DNA from: a virus
Taxonomy: Duplodnaviria; Caudoviricetes
Length of the DNA: 31,961 nucleotides
Strand: one strand, 5' to 3'
IMG/VR virus record: IMGVR_UViG_3300006105_000075
Location: 1-31,961 of that record
Positions 1 through 8,298 of the stretch are shown here, one piece after another (the first letter of the stretch is position 1; each line of letters begins with the position of its first letter). A program made the translations under genes and the position numbers. The notes below the pieces were generated by a model that did not search any database, was not told where the DNA came from, and saw only the letters and a program-made list of their open reading frames with translations.

Positions 1-1
1 T

Positions 2-175
2 TTCTCTATGTCATTGAATGGCAAACAAGAAAAGAAAACAGAAGATGCAGCAATTATTGCAACAGGTAACAAAGGGTATGTTGCTAATGGTAAAATAAAA
101 TTGGGGCAAATCGAACAAACAAAAACACCAGTAGCGGCTACTGAAATTGAGTCGGTAGATGATTTGCCATTTTAG
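2..175 (+). CDS. C-terminal part of a probable single-stranded DNA-binding protein (5'-truncated by the window)
   Basis: The frame from position 2 reads FSMSLNGKQ...TEIESVDDLPF* and ends in the acidic DDLPF tail typical of SSBs. It lies in a replication module and is absent from the ORF track. Confidence 0.7.
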   Translation, partial: FSMSLNGKQEKKTEDAAIIATGNKGYVANGKIKLGQIEQTKTPVAATEIESVDDLPF

Positions 176-182
176 TCCTCAC

Positions 183-211
183 TGGCTGCTATCATCACAA
201 AGTAGCAGCCA
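183..211 (+). terminator. Hairpin / possible weak intrinsic terminator
   Basis: Perfect 9-bp inverted repeat TGGCTGCTA(183-191)/TAGCAGCCA(203-211), followed by CATTTT. Confidence 0.5.
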
Positions 212-225
212 CATTTTAATTAATT

Positions 226-660
226 ATGAAAATATACACCAAAGTAGATGTTTTATTGCAAGACATTTGCGACATATTTAAAACCCCGATTAAGCTAGTT
301 AAAGCTAAATGTAGAGAATCACAACTAGTTAAAATTAGACATTATTTTTTTTACTTCGCTCATAACTATTATCACTTTCCCCTAACAGTTACAGGTCGTG
401 AATGTGGTAACCGTGACCACACAACAGCAATAAATGGAAGGGATAGAGTTATTAAGTTACTAGATGCAGGTGATAAATTAGTCGTTGCAGATGTTAAAAT
501 TATCAAAGCTGCATTAGACATTACTGATGATAATACCTTAGACTATCGTGAACTGATAGAAAAAAATAAAGCGTTAATACAACAGATTAAAGATTTAAAA
601 CTTGCTAACGTTAAATTGAACCATGAAGCTATAAAAAGAAAATTATGCAAAATAACATAG
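226..660 (+). CDS. DnaA domain IV-like helix-turn-helix protein with C-terminal coiled coil
   Basis: R..FFYF....PLTVTGRECGNRDHTTAING resembles the DnaA C-terminal signature (SL..IG..FGGRDHTTV). There is no AAA+ domain. Confidence 0.75.
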   Translation: MKIYTKVDVLLQDICDIFKTPIKLVKAKCRESQLVKIRHYFFYFAHNYYHFPLTVTGRECGNRDHTTAINGRDRVIKLLDAGDKLVVADVKIIKAALDITDDNTLDYRELIEKNKALIQQIKDLKLANVKLNHEAIKRKLCKIT

Positions 661-723
661 TACAAGAAGTTATTTATGCAAAATTTAATGTGTAAGAAAT
701 TAGTATTGAGGATATATAATTAT

Positions 724-731
724 TATATTTG
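724..731 (+). promoter_or_regulatory. Bacteroidota sigma-A -7 promoter element (TATATTTG)
   Basis: Exact TAnnTTTG in an intergenic region, directly upstream of a structured leader. Confidence 0.7.
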
Positions 732-738
732 CAATAAA

Positions 739-826
739 TACGGATGCGACCCGTACATTAACTTATTGCCCCTTTTATTTTGATAGATGTCGCATATCTG
801 TTATTATATTAGGGGCTATTTTAATT
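739..826 (+). ncRNA. Structured 5' leader with loop-loop (kissing) pseudoknot, copy 1
   Basis: P1 TACGG(739-743)/CCGTA(751-755), loop ATGCGAC. P2 GCCCCT(768-773)/AGGGGC(811-816) plus TGATAGAT(781-788)/ATCTGTTA(796-803), loop GTCGCAT. The two 7-nt loops are exact reverse complements. A T-rich tail follows. Confidence 0.7.
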
Positions 827-833
827 TTAAAAA

Positions 834-2987
834 ATGGAAGATTACAAAGAGTTTTTAAAGTCGAAGCAGAAAACGCACATTGAAAGCGGCTTCGATGTAC
901 CCGACAAATGGCTCAATCCTAATTTATTCGACTTTCAAAAGTTTGTAGTTAAGCGAGCATTGAAGGCAGGTAAGTACGCCATCTTTGAAGATTGCGGTTT
1001 AGGTAAGACTTTACAGCAATTAGTATTCGCTGAATGTGCAGCCCGTAAAACAAAGAAGCCATCTTTAATACTTGCCCCTTTAGCAGTGACAGGGCAAACA
1101 AAACAAGAGGGCGAAAAGTTTGGAATAAACCTTACTAATATTCACATAAACAATTACGAGCAAATAGATAATATTGATTGTAATATTTATGGTTGTATTG
1201 TTTTGGATGAGAGTAGTATATTGAAGAATTACTCTGGAAGCTACAAGCAAAAAATAATTGCAGCCTTTGAAAAAACACCTTATAAACTAGCTTGTACTGC
1301 GACACCTTCCCCCAATGATGAGTTAGAAATTGGAAACCACGCCGAGTTTCTTAATGTGATGTCTTCACAGGATATGAGGTCAATGTTTTTTACAACAGAT
1401 AAAGAACTTATTAAAGGCGATAAATACCGACTTAAAAAATATGCCGAAAAAGATTTTTACAAATGGATAAGTACTTGGGCGGTAATGATTTCTAAGCCTA
1501 GTGATTTAGGATTTAGTGATAACGGGTACACTTTACCCGAATTAAACTACATCGAAAAAAAGATAGTCACTGAATCTAGAGATAACGGTTTATTGTTTAA
1601 TTCCGTATCTGTATCAGCTACTAACTTTAATGATGAACTTAGAGCAACTAAAGAAGAAAGACTTAAAGAAACAGCTAAGATTGTAAACGCATCAAATGAA
1701 AACTTTATTATTTGGATAAAACAAAATGAAGAGGGGGAACTATTGCGTGAACTTATACCAGATGCGATAGAAGTAAAGGGTAGTGATACCAATGAATATA
1801 AAGAAGAAAAACTACTAGGCTTTGCAAATAATAAGTTTCGTGTTCTTATAACAAAAAGCAAAATTGCACAATTCGGGCTAAACTATCAAAACTGCCATAA
1901 TCAAATATTCCCATCTCTAGACTTTAGTTTTGAAAGTCTTTATCAATCAATAAGACGTTCACACCGTTTCGGACAAAAACAAAATGTAAATATTTACTTA
2001 ATAACAACAGACACTATGCAAAATGTAATTAACTCTATTGAAGAGAAAGAAAGCAAGTTTATAAAGATGCAGGATGAAATGAGAGAAGCTATTCTCATAA
2101 ACTTAAAAGAAGAAATTAAAGTAAACAAAGGAGAGACTTTTATAGGCGATGGCTATACGCTTATAAACGGTGACTGCGTTGAAGAAGTAAGTAAGCTACA
2201 AAATAACAGTATAGACTATTGTTTCTTTTCGCCACCTTTTGGGGCTTTGTATGTATTTAGTAATGACCCTAAGGATATGAGCAACGTAAAAAACAATGAT
2301 GAGTTTTTACAGCATTTTAAATATTTAGTTAAAGACCTTTACAGGGTAATAAAGTCGGGGCGTTTAGTTTCTATTCACATGATGCAAAGCACTACCTTAT
2401 TAGGTCGTGATGGCTTCTACTCAATAGTAGACTTCAGGGGTGATTTAATTAGATTATTTCAAGATTGCGGATTTCATTTTCACGCCGAAAATATGATAAG
2501 AAAAGACCCAAAGACAGCAGCTATAAGAACTAAAAATAGGCAGTTAATGTGGGGGACTACAAAGAAAGATAGTGCAATAGTAAGACCCGGACTTGCAGAC
2601 TATATTTTGACTTTTAAAAAGGGCGGCGAAAACTTAGTACCTATTCAAAATAATATACCTTTCGACCTATGGTGTAAGATAGCTGAACCTGTATGGATTG
2701 ACATAAATGAAGGTGATACTTTAGACTATCGTGCAGCCCGTGATAATGATGACGAGCGGCACATAACGCCTACTCAATTAACGCCTATTGAGTGGTGTTA
2801 TTTAATGTGGTGTAATAAATGTGAAACTGTACTTAGTCCTTTTAGTGGTGTTGCTAGTGAAGGTTATGTAGCTTTGAAAACAGGGCGTAAATATATCGGT
2901 ATAGAATTAAAGCCATCATACTACGAGTTGAGTAAAAAAAACCTACTATCTGCCATCGAAAGTAATAAACAACAATCCCTATTCTAA
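834..2987 (+). CDS. SNF2-like helicase fused to a beta-class N4/N6 DNA methyltransferase
   Basis: Helicase motifs: CGLGKT Walker A, LDESS motif II, TATPSPND motif III, QSIRRSHRFGQ motif VI. MTase motifs: FSPPF catalytic motif before the SAM-binding SPFSGVAS..., and YIGIELK. Confidence 0.9.
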   Translation: MEDYKEFLKSKQKTHIESGFDVPDKWLNPNLFDFQKFVVKRALKAGKYAIFEDCGLGKTLQQLVFAECAARKTKKPSLILAPLAVTGQTKQEGEKFGINLTNIHINNYEQIDNIDCNIYGCIVLDESSILKNYSGSYKQKIIAAFEKTPYKLACTATPSPNDELEIGNHAEFLNVMSSQDMRSMFFTTDKELIKGDKYRLKKYAEKDFYKWISTWAVMISKPSDLGFSDNGYTLPELNYIEKKIVTESRDNGLLFNSVSVSATNFNDELRATKEERLKETAKIVNASNENFIIWIKQNEEGELLRELIPDAIEVKGSDTNEYKEEKLLGFANNKFRVLITKSKIAQFGLNYQNCHNQIFPSLDFSFESLYQSIRRSHRFGQKQNVNIYLITTDTMQNVINSIEEKESKFIKMQDEMREAILINLKEEIKVNKGETFIGDGYTLINGDCVEEVSKLQNNSIDYCFFSPPFGALYVFSNDPKDMSNVKNNDEFLQHFKYLVKDLYRVIKSGRLVSIHMMQSTTLLGRDGFYSIVDFRGDLIRLFQDCGFHFHAENMIRKDPKTAAIRTKNRQLMWGTTKKDSAIVRPGLADYILTFKKGGENLVPIQNNIPFDLWCKIAEPVWIDINEGDTLDYRAARDNDDERHITPTQLTPIEWCYLMWCNKCETVLSPFSGVASEGYVALKTGRKYIGIELKPSYYELSKKNLLSAIESNKQQSLF

Positions 2988-3030
2988 CATGACATCAAAA
3001 GAAAGGTATAATGTTTTGTTAAAAGTTTAG

Positions 3031-3038
3031 TATATTTG
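3031..3038 (+). promoter_or_regulatory. Bacteroidota -7 promoter element (TATATTTG)
   Basis: Exact TAnnTTTG, identical to 724-731, directly upstream of the second structured leader. Confidence 0.7.
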
Positions 3039-3041
3039 TAG

Positions 3042-3148
3042 CGTAGTGTAGCACCTACGATTAGAAACTAATTAATGGCTTTAAAAGGGATGGTGTACCT
3101 GTTTTACAGGGTGCTATTACATCATCCACTTTAAAGCTTTTTTATTTT
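3042..3148 (+). ncRNA. Structured 5' leader with loop-loop pseudoknot, copy 2
   Basis: P1 CGTAG(3042-3046)/CTACG(3055-3059), loop TGTAGCAC. P2 GGCTTTAAA(3077-3085)/TTTAAAGCT(3130-3138) and GGATGGTGTA(3088-3097)/TACATCATCC(3118-3127), capped by hairpin CCTGT/ACAGG. Unpaired GTGCTAT(3111-3117) pairs with GTAGCAC(3048-3054). A T tract precedes the ATG. Confidence 0.7.
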
Positions 3149-4600
3149 ATGTCATCATACGAACTTTACCCGTATCAAAAGAAGTTTAAAGAAAATATAC
3201 GGTCATCACTTGCCAAAAGTAAAAAGGTAATTGCTTGTGCTGCCACAGGAAGCGGTAAGACTAAAACTTTTCTTTCGATGGTTAAAGATGCTTTAGAAAA
3301 GAAAACTACTGTTTTAATAGTATCCGAAACATCAAAGATTTATAAACAAATACACGAAGAGCAAAGCGATTGCATAACCATTGGAGACGGTGTAAAGTTT
3401 GTAGATATTGAAGTAGGTAAATGCTACGTTGCAATGGCTCAAACATTGGTACGCAGACCATTTATAATATCACAGTTTCAAAACTTTGGTTCAAAACTTT
3501 TAATCATAAATGACGAGTGTCATGTGGGAACGTCTACGAAATTATTGCAACAATTAACAGATGCCTATCTTATTGGGTTTACAGCAACACCAGACTACAG
3601 AGTAGCAAAACATCTACCGCTTTTATACAATGATATTGTAATCGGAGCACAACCACAGGAACTATTAGAAGGTGGATATTTGTCACCTTATTACCACTAC
3701 GAAAGACAGGCGGCGGATTTAAGCGGATTAAAAAAAGATAGTAAAGGTGAATTTTCGGAGGCATCTCAATTTGATGCGTTTAATAAGCCAAAAGTATTTG
3801 CAGGACTTCACGAAGATTTAGAAAAGTACCACAATAAAAAAACAATAGTTTATTGTGCCTCAATAGCGGATTGTGCTGCCTTATCTCAAGAACTTAGAAA
3901 CGTTGGTTTTGTAGTGTCGGAAGTACATAGTAAAAATGAACAATCAGATATTGAACTTAACCAATTTACACACGGTCACGTTGATATTTGTGTTTCTGTT
4001 TCTGTATTAACAAAAGGTTGGGACTTTAAACCAATAGACTTAGTAATACTTAGACGTGCCACTACATCACTAGCTTTGTATTGTCAAATGGTTGGGCGTG
4101 GTGCAAGGGTTATGGATGGTAAAGAACGCTTTACCGTACTAGATTATGGCGGTAACGCATCCCGTCACGGACTATGGAACTTTGAATTTGATTGGGCTAA
4201 AATGTGGAATAAACCGCCTAAGAAAAAGAAAGACGGCGTAGCACCTATAAAAGAATGCCCTAAATGTTTTTTGATACTTGCACCTCGTGTTATGACTTGC
4301 CCAGAGTGCGGACATACATTTGAAACAAAAGAAAAAGAATACGTTGAAGGTAAGCTAGTAGAGGTCACGGAAAGTTATAATAAACTAAGGGGTAAATATA
4401 TTGCAGACCTTACTCCGATTGAATTAGCCGACTATGCTAAGATAACAAATAAGAAACCTTTTGCGATAAGAGTAGCGAAAGCAAAGCAAGATGTCCTATT
4501 TTTACAATCTTTTGCTACTGCAATGGGCTACCATTCGGGATGGGTTAAGCATCAAGACATAAGTGAACCATTAGAATTTTACAACATTAAAATTAAATAA
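3149..4600 (+). CDS. SF2 (DExH) helicase with C-terminal zinc finger (RadD/YejH-like)
   Basis: ATGSGKT, NDECH, GFTATP, LTKGWD, QMVGRGAR, and CPKC-x10-CPEC. Confidence 0.9.
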   Translation: MSSYELYPYQKKFKENIRSSLAKSKKVIACAATGSGKTKTFLSMVKDALEKKTTVLIVSETSKIYKQIHEEQSDCITIGDGVKFVDIEVGKCYVAMAQTLVRRPFIISQFQNFGSKLLIINDECHVGTSTKLLQQLTDAYLIGFTATPDYRVAKHLPLLYNDIVIGAQPQELLEGGYLSPYYHYERQAADLSGLKKDSKGEFSEASQFDAFNKPKVFAGLHEDLEKYHNKKTIVYCASIADCAALSQELRNVGFVVSEVHSKNEQSDIELNQFTHGHVDICVSVSVLTKGWDFKPIDLVILRRATTSLALYCQMVGRGARVMDGKERFTVLDYGGNASRHGLWNFEFDWAKMWNKPPKKKKDGVAPIKECPKCFLILAPRVMTCPECGHTFETKEKEYVEGKLVEVTESYNKLRGKYIADLTPIELADYAKITNKKPFAIRVAKAKQDVLFLQSFATAMGYHSGWVKHQDISEPLEFYNIKIK

Positions 4601-7063
4601 ATGAATACTACCTTTCAACAGTCAATAAAAGAATGTGAATACTACTTAGATAACGGAATTTCAATTATACCCGTAAGAGATAAACCACAAACATTTAATG
4701 GTAAAGAATATCCTGTAAAGTCTGCTTACCCTTGGAAAAAATGGCAAACAGAAATAATATCTAAAGCAGAGTTATTATATCTAATGACTGAAAAATACGA
4801 TACTATCGGTTATGGTATTGTAGCAGGTGCAGTAAGTGGAAACTTAGAAATAATTGATGTAGATGTAAAAAATTGGGTTGGCATTGATGCTATGTTATTT
4901 GCAGACATTAAAGCAATGTTTCCGCACATATTCGAGCAACTAAGAATAACACAAACACCATCAAAAGGCTACCATATATTTTACCGTATAAGCGACCACG
5001 AACCCGCAGGAAATTTAAAGTTAGCTTGGAAAGAAGATGCAAAAGAGTCAGCGATAGAGACTAGAGGCACAGGTGGATATGTAGTTGCTGCAACACAAAT
5101 GAATTACAAGGTAGTTAAAGACAATCCAATACCAACTATTACTTGGGCTGAAAGGTGCAGTATTATTGCTATTTGTGAAGGGTACAATCAAAAGAAAAAA
5201 GTAGCAGCAATAGCCCCTACAACTATATCGAATGACTATTACGACCAAAATCCATTCGACCACTTCAACGGTAGTGCAGCAGCAGAAAGCGTACTTACTA
5301 ATAATGGTTGGAGTTTATGCGGCAGTAGTAATAATTTTATTTGGTTTACCCGTCCTAATAAAACGACGGGAATTTCTGCATCATTTAACAGACATAAACG
5401 ATGTTACTACATATTCACATCATCCACAGACCTAGAACCATCAAAAGGTTATAATCCTGTAACGCTATTATCTATACTAGAACACAAGGGGGATAAAAAG
5501 AAAACTTATGCTTGGCTATGTGATAACGGATATGGTATCATAAAAGAAAAAAAGCAAAAGATATTAGCCCAAAATGCAGCCCGAAAAGGTTACACCCTTC
5601 CAAAAAATGTAAGTGAAGAAACAAAACAACTAGCAGTAACGATACAAGGTGAACTGCAAGAACTACACCCACACGGTACTTTTTGGGATTATGACGAAGA
5701 TGGTAAAATGACTATTAACCGTGAAAAACTTTTATTAGTTGCCACTTATTTAGGTTTCCGGTATTATAAGGGTAATGTAGTAAGGATATTGTCTTACCTA
5801 ATTCATAAGATTGAAGAAAGGGAGTTTCAAGATGTACTAAAAGAATACATAAAAGAACCCGATAATGAAGAATGTATATCTATTTGTAATGCTTTGGAAT
5901 CATTTTTAGAAGCACATGGTAAATATACAATGAAGCGTCTTTCAATATTGGCAGAGGATACAATATTGAAAGATACCGAAAAAACTTGTTTTAAGTTCTT
6001 TTTAAACGGTTATTTAGTAATAGATGCTACATCAATTAGCTTCCTTGAATACGATGCCTTAGAGATGCTTATTTGGGCTGAAAAGCTACAACAGCGAAAT
6101 TATAATAAAGGCGAAGGCGGAAAGTATGTAGACTTTTTGAAATTAGCAATAGGCGAAGAACACATTACACACACGCAAAAAATACTTGGTTTTCTTTGTC
6201 ACGAATATAAGGACGAAACAACGGGCTATATTATTGTGCTAACAGAACAATGTCGTGACCCTAGAGATGGCGGTGGTAGTGGTAAGAATGTATTTTGTAG
6301 CTTACTAAAACACACCACTTCTTACACTTCAAAGCCGGGCGCACAGACTAAATTTGATGAGAAGTTTTTTCAATCTTGGAACGGGCAACGTATATTTTGC
6401 ATTAGCGATGTGCCTAAAAATTTCGACTTTTCTTTTTTGAAAGAACCATCCACAGGCTCATTTATTTGGAAGAAACTATTTAAGGATGAGGTGGAAGTTA
6501 GCAACGATGAAGCCCCTAAGTTTATGGTGCAGACTAATTACAGTTATGAAGTAATTGACGGCGGTTTAAAACGTAGGATAATACCTATTGAATTTACTAA
6601 TTTCTTTACAAACGTTGGCGGCTTAGACGTTCATTATGGCTGCCATTTTCCGAAAGGATGGACTAATGAAGATTGGGCAGGTTTCGACAATTTTATAGCA
6701 CAATCAGTACAAGTATGGCTTAAAGGTGGAAAGAAATTAACTGCACCTACATTAACTGAAGGTGGATGGCTTAAACAGTTTGAACAAACATACGGATCTA
6801 TAATATTCAATTTTATTGAGCAGAATTTCAATCATTGGTGCGAACGTGTAGAAATTAGTAACGATACCTTTAAAAGTTATTTAGAAGCCTACTACGCCGA
6901 AAATAACACTCCTAAGCAATACCAGCCTTCAACCCAACGAATTAATGCCGCTATTAAGGCTTATTCTGAAAAAAAGAAAGTTGATTATAAGCACGATATT
7001 ATTAAGACTATTAATAAAGTATCTGTTAAAATGCGGATATTTTCAGTAGAAATACCTTTTTAA
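4601..7063 (+). CDS. Primase-polymerase (Prim-Pol) fused to a P-loop helicase
   Basis: N-terminal Prim-Pol motifs IIDVD, TPSKGYHIFY and ETRGTGGYVV. C-terminal GGSGKN Walker A, CISD Walker B and GGLKRRI arginine finger. Confidence 0.88.
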   Translation: MNTTFQQSIKECEYYLDNGISIIPVRDKPQTFNGKEYPVKSAYPWKKWQTEIISKAELLYLMTEKYDTIGYGIVAGAVSGNLEIIDVDVKNWVGIDAMLFADIKAMFPHIFEQLRITQTPSKGYHIFYRISDHEPAGNLKLAWKEDAKESAIETRGTGGYVVAATQMNYKVVKDNPIPTITWAERCSIIAICEGYNQKKKVAAIAPTTISNDYYDQNPFDHFNGSAAAESVLTNNGWSLCGSSNNFIWFTRPNKTTGISASFNRHKRCYYIFTSSTDLEPSKGYNPVTLLSILEHKGDKKKTYAWLCDNGYGIIKEKKQKILAQNAARKGYTLPKNVSEETKQLAVTIQGELQELHPHGTFWDYDEDGKMTINREKLLLVATYLGFRYYKGNVVRILSYLIHKIEEREFQDVLKEYIKEPDNEECISICNALESFLEAHGKYTMKRLSILAEDTILKDTEKTCFKFFLNGYLVIDATSISFLEYDALEMLIWAEKLQQRNYNKGEGGKYVDFLKLAIGEEHITHTQKILGFLCHEYKDETTGYIIVLTEQCRDPRDGGGSGKNVFCSLLKHTTSYTSKPGAQTKFDEKFFQSWNGQRIFCISDVPKNFDFSFLKEPSTGSFIWKKLFKDEVEVSNDEAPKFMVQTNYSYEVIDGGLKRRIIPIEFTNFFTNVGGLDVHYGCHFPKGWTNEDWAGFDNFIAQSVQVWLKGGKKLTAPTLTEGGWLKQFEQTYGSIIFNFIEQNFNHWCERVEISNDTFKSYLEAYYAENNTPKQYQPSTQRINAAIKAYSEKKKVDYKHDIIKTINKVSVKMRIFSVEIPF

Positions 7064-7371
7064 ATTACTAAAATTACTAAATGATTACTAAATTTTTTTA
7101 AGGTTTAGTAATTCTAAAACCTTTACTACTATTGACTTTTAAAGATAAATTACTAAAATTACTAAAAATAATTCTATTTATTGTATAAGAAAAATATAAA
7201 GAATATAAAGGATGTTAAAATAAAACATAAATAATCAATAGTATTGTTACTTTATATAAATAATAGATAGGTAAATTTTTAGTAATTTGGTAATTTTTAT
7301 ATTGAAACCTTTACTACCATTGAATTACAGCGATTACTAAACTTTTACAAAAATTACTAAATATGACTAAA
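7064..7371. repeat. Iteron array; probable phage replication origin
   Basis: ATTACTAAA at 7064, 7073, 7084, 7149, 7158, 7333 and 7353. Inverted TTTAGTAAT at 7104 and 7278, plus TTTGGTAAT at 7286. 19-bp repeat AAACCTTTACTAC(T/C)ATTGA at 7117 and 7305. AT-rich core; located just after the primase-helicase gene. Confidence 0.8.
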
Positions 7372-7719
7372 CAACAATTTTTAACCACCATTTACGCTAA
7401 TGAAGACCAATTTACGGCAGCAACCCACAAGTATATCAACCACAATTACCCAGCATTAAGGGGATTTTACTTCCACGTTGCCAATGAATCGGCTACAAGT
7501 ATGGCAATGAGGATAAAACTTCATAGTATGGGAGTTTTAGCAGGTTGCCCAGATTTCTTATTTGTATATCCTAAATTTTGGGGATTAGAATTAAAGATGC
7601 CAAACGGTAAACTTTCAGATAAGCAGAAATACCTACATAATCATTGGGCTAGTGTTGGGATTACAATAATAACGGCGTATAGTGCGCAAGATGTAATAAA
7701 TGCTTTAATAAAACTTTAA
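7363..7719 (+). CDS. VRR-NUC family PD-(D/E)xK nuclease (Holliday junction resolvase-like)
   Basis: FHVANE...GVLAGCPDF...LELK.PNGKLSDKQ motif pattern. Confidence 0.85.
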   Translation: MTKQQFLTTIYANEDQFTAATHKYINHNYPALRGFYFHVANESATSMAMRIKLHSMGVLAGCPDFLFVYPKFWGLELKMPNGKLSDKQKYLHNHWASVGITIITAYSAQDVINALIKL

Positions 7720-7740
7720 CATTTGTTATTGATATTTCTG

Positions 7741-7748
7741 TATCTTTG
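7741..7748 (+). promoter_or_regulatory. Bacteroidota -7 promoter element (TATCTTTG)
   Basis: TAnnTTTG ending 6 nt before ATG 7755, upstream of the packaging genes. Confidence 0.5.
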
Positions 7749-7754
7749 CAACAC

Positions 7755-7904
7755 ATGGCAAAAGAGATAGGTGTAACACCCGAAGCACTTTGGCGAATGG
7801 AAAGCGGTAAGTATTGGATTAACTCTAAAAACTTATTTGCTATATTGGAAGTGTTAAATATTAAAATGATTGAAGATGGCGCACCCGACAAGGATATTTC
7901 ATAA
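7755..7904 (+). CDS. Small XRE/Cro-like helix-turn-helix protein (49 aa, possibly N-terminally truncated)
   Basis: MAKEIGVTPEALWRMESGKYWINSKNLFAILEVLNIK matches the XRE HTH pattern. It is below the ORF-track size cut-off. Confidence 0.65.
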   Translation: MAKEIGVTPEALWRMESGKYWINSKNLFAILEVLNIKMIEDGAPDKDIS

Positions 7905-8298
7905 TGAATTAGAAATTAGCAAAGCCTTTGAGGAGTATAAGGAATCTTTAAAAGAAGAGGCTAAGAAATGGGGTAAGGTTCAATATGTTGGCAAAGATGG
8001 TAAACAAGTAATTGATTACCCTAATATGCCTTACACTCTTGAAGGATTTTATATTTATTGCCGTAAACATTATGGAGAAATAAGGCAATATTTTTTAAAC
8101 CAAGATAATCTATACACCGACTTTATTACTATCTGTCACGCAATTAAGGAAGAAATACGCCAAAATCAAATTACAGGGGGTTTGTTGGGCTTTTATAATC
8201 CTTCGATAACACAACGACTTAACGGGCTTGCAGATACCACTAAAAACGAAACTACATTAAAAATAGGAGTTGATGCAATAGAGGAAAAGTATGAGTAA
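7876..8298 (+). CDS. terS: Terminase small subunit (P22 gp3-like DNA packaging protein)
   Basis: PYTLEGF...GLLGFYNPSITQRLNGLAD motif; immediately upstream of and overlapping TerL. ATG 7876 is preferred over TTG 7870. Confidence 0.8.
   Translation: MAHPTRIFHNELEISKAFEEYKESLKEEAKKWGKVQYVGKDGKQVIDYPNMPYTLEGFYIYCRKHYGEIRQYFLNQDNLYTDFITICHAIKEEIRQNQITGGLLGFYNPSITQRLNGLADTTKNETTLKIGVDAIEEKYE

Noticed and set aside
724-833. Possible SAM riboswitch or self-cleaving ribozyme identity for the leaders
   Set aside because: I could not find the conserved cores of SAM-I/II, purine, hammerhead or HDV-like RNAs, so the leaders are left unassigned.
2989-3030. 13-codon ORF MTSKERYNVLLKV right after the MTase stop
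   Set aside because: Too short to support. It overlaps the promoter's upstream region and could be chance or a gene remnant.
7064-7371. Repeats as a CRISPR array
   Set aside because: The units are 9 bp, irregularly spaced and in both orientations, with no repeat-spacer periodicity and no cas genes.
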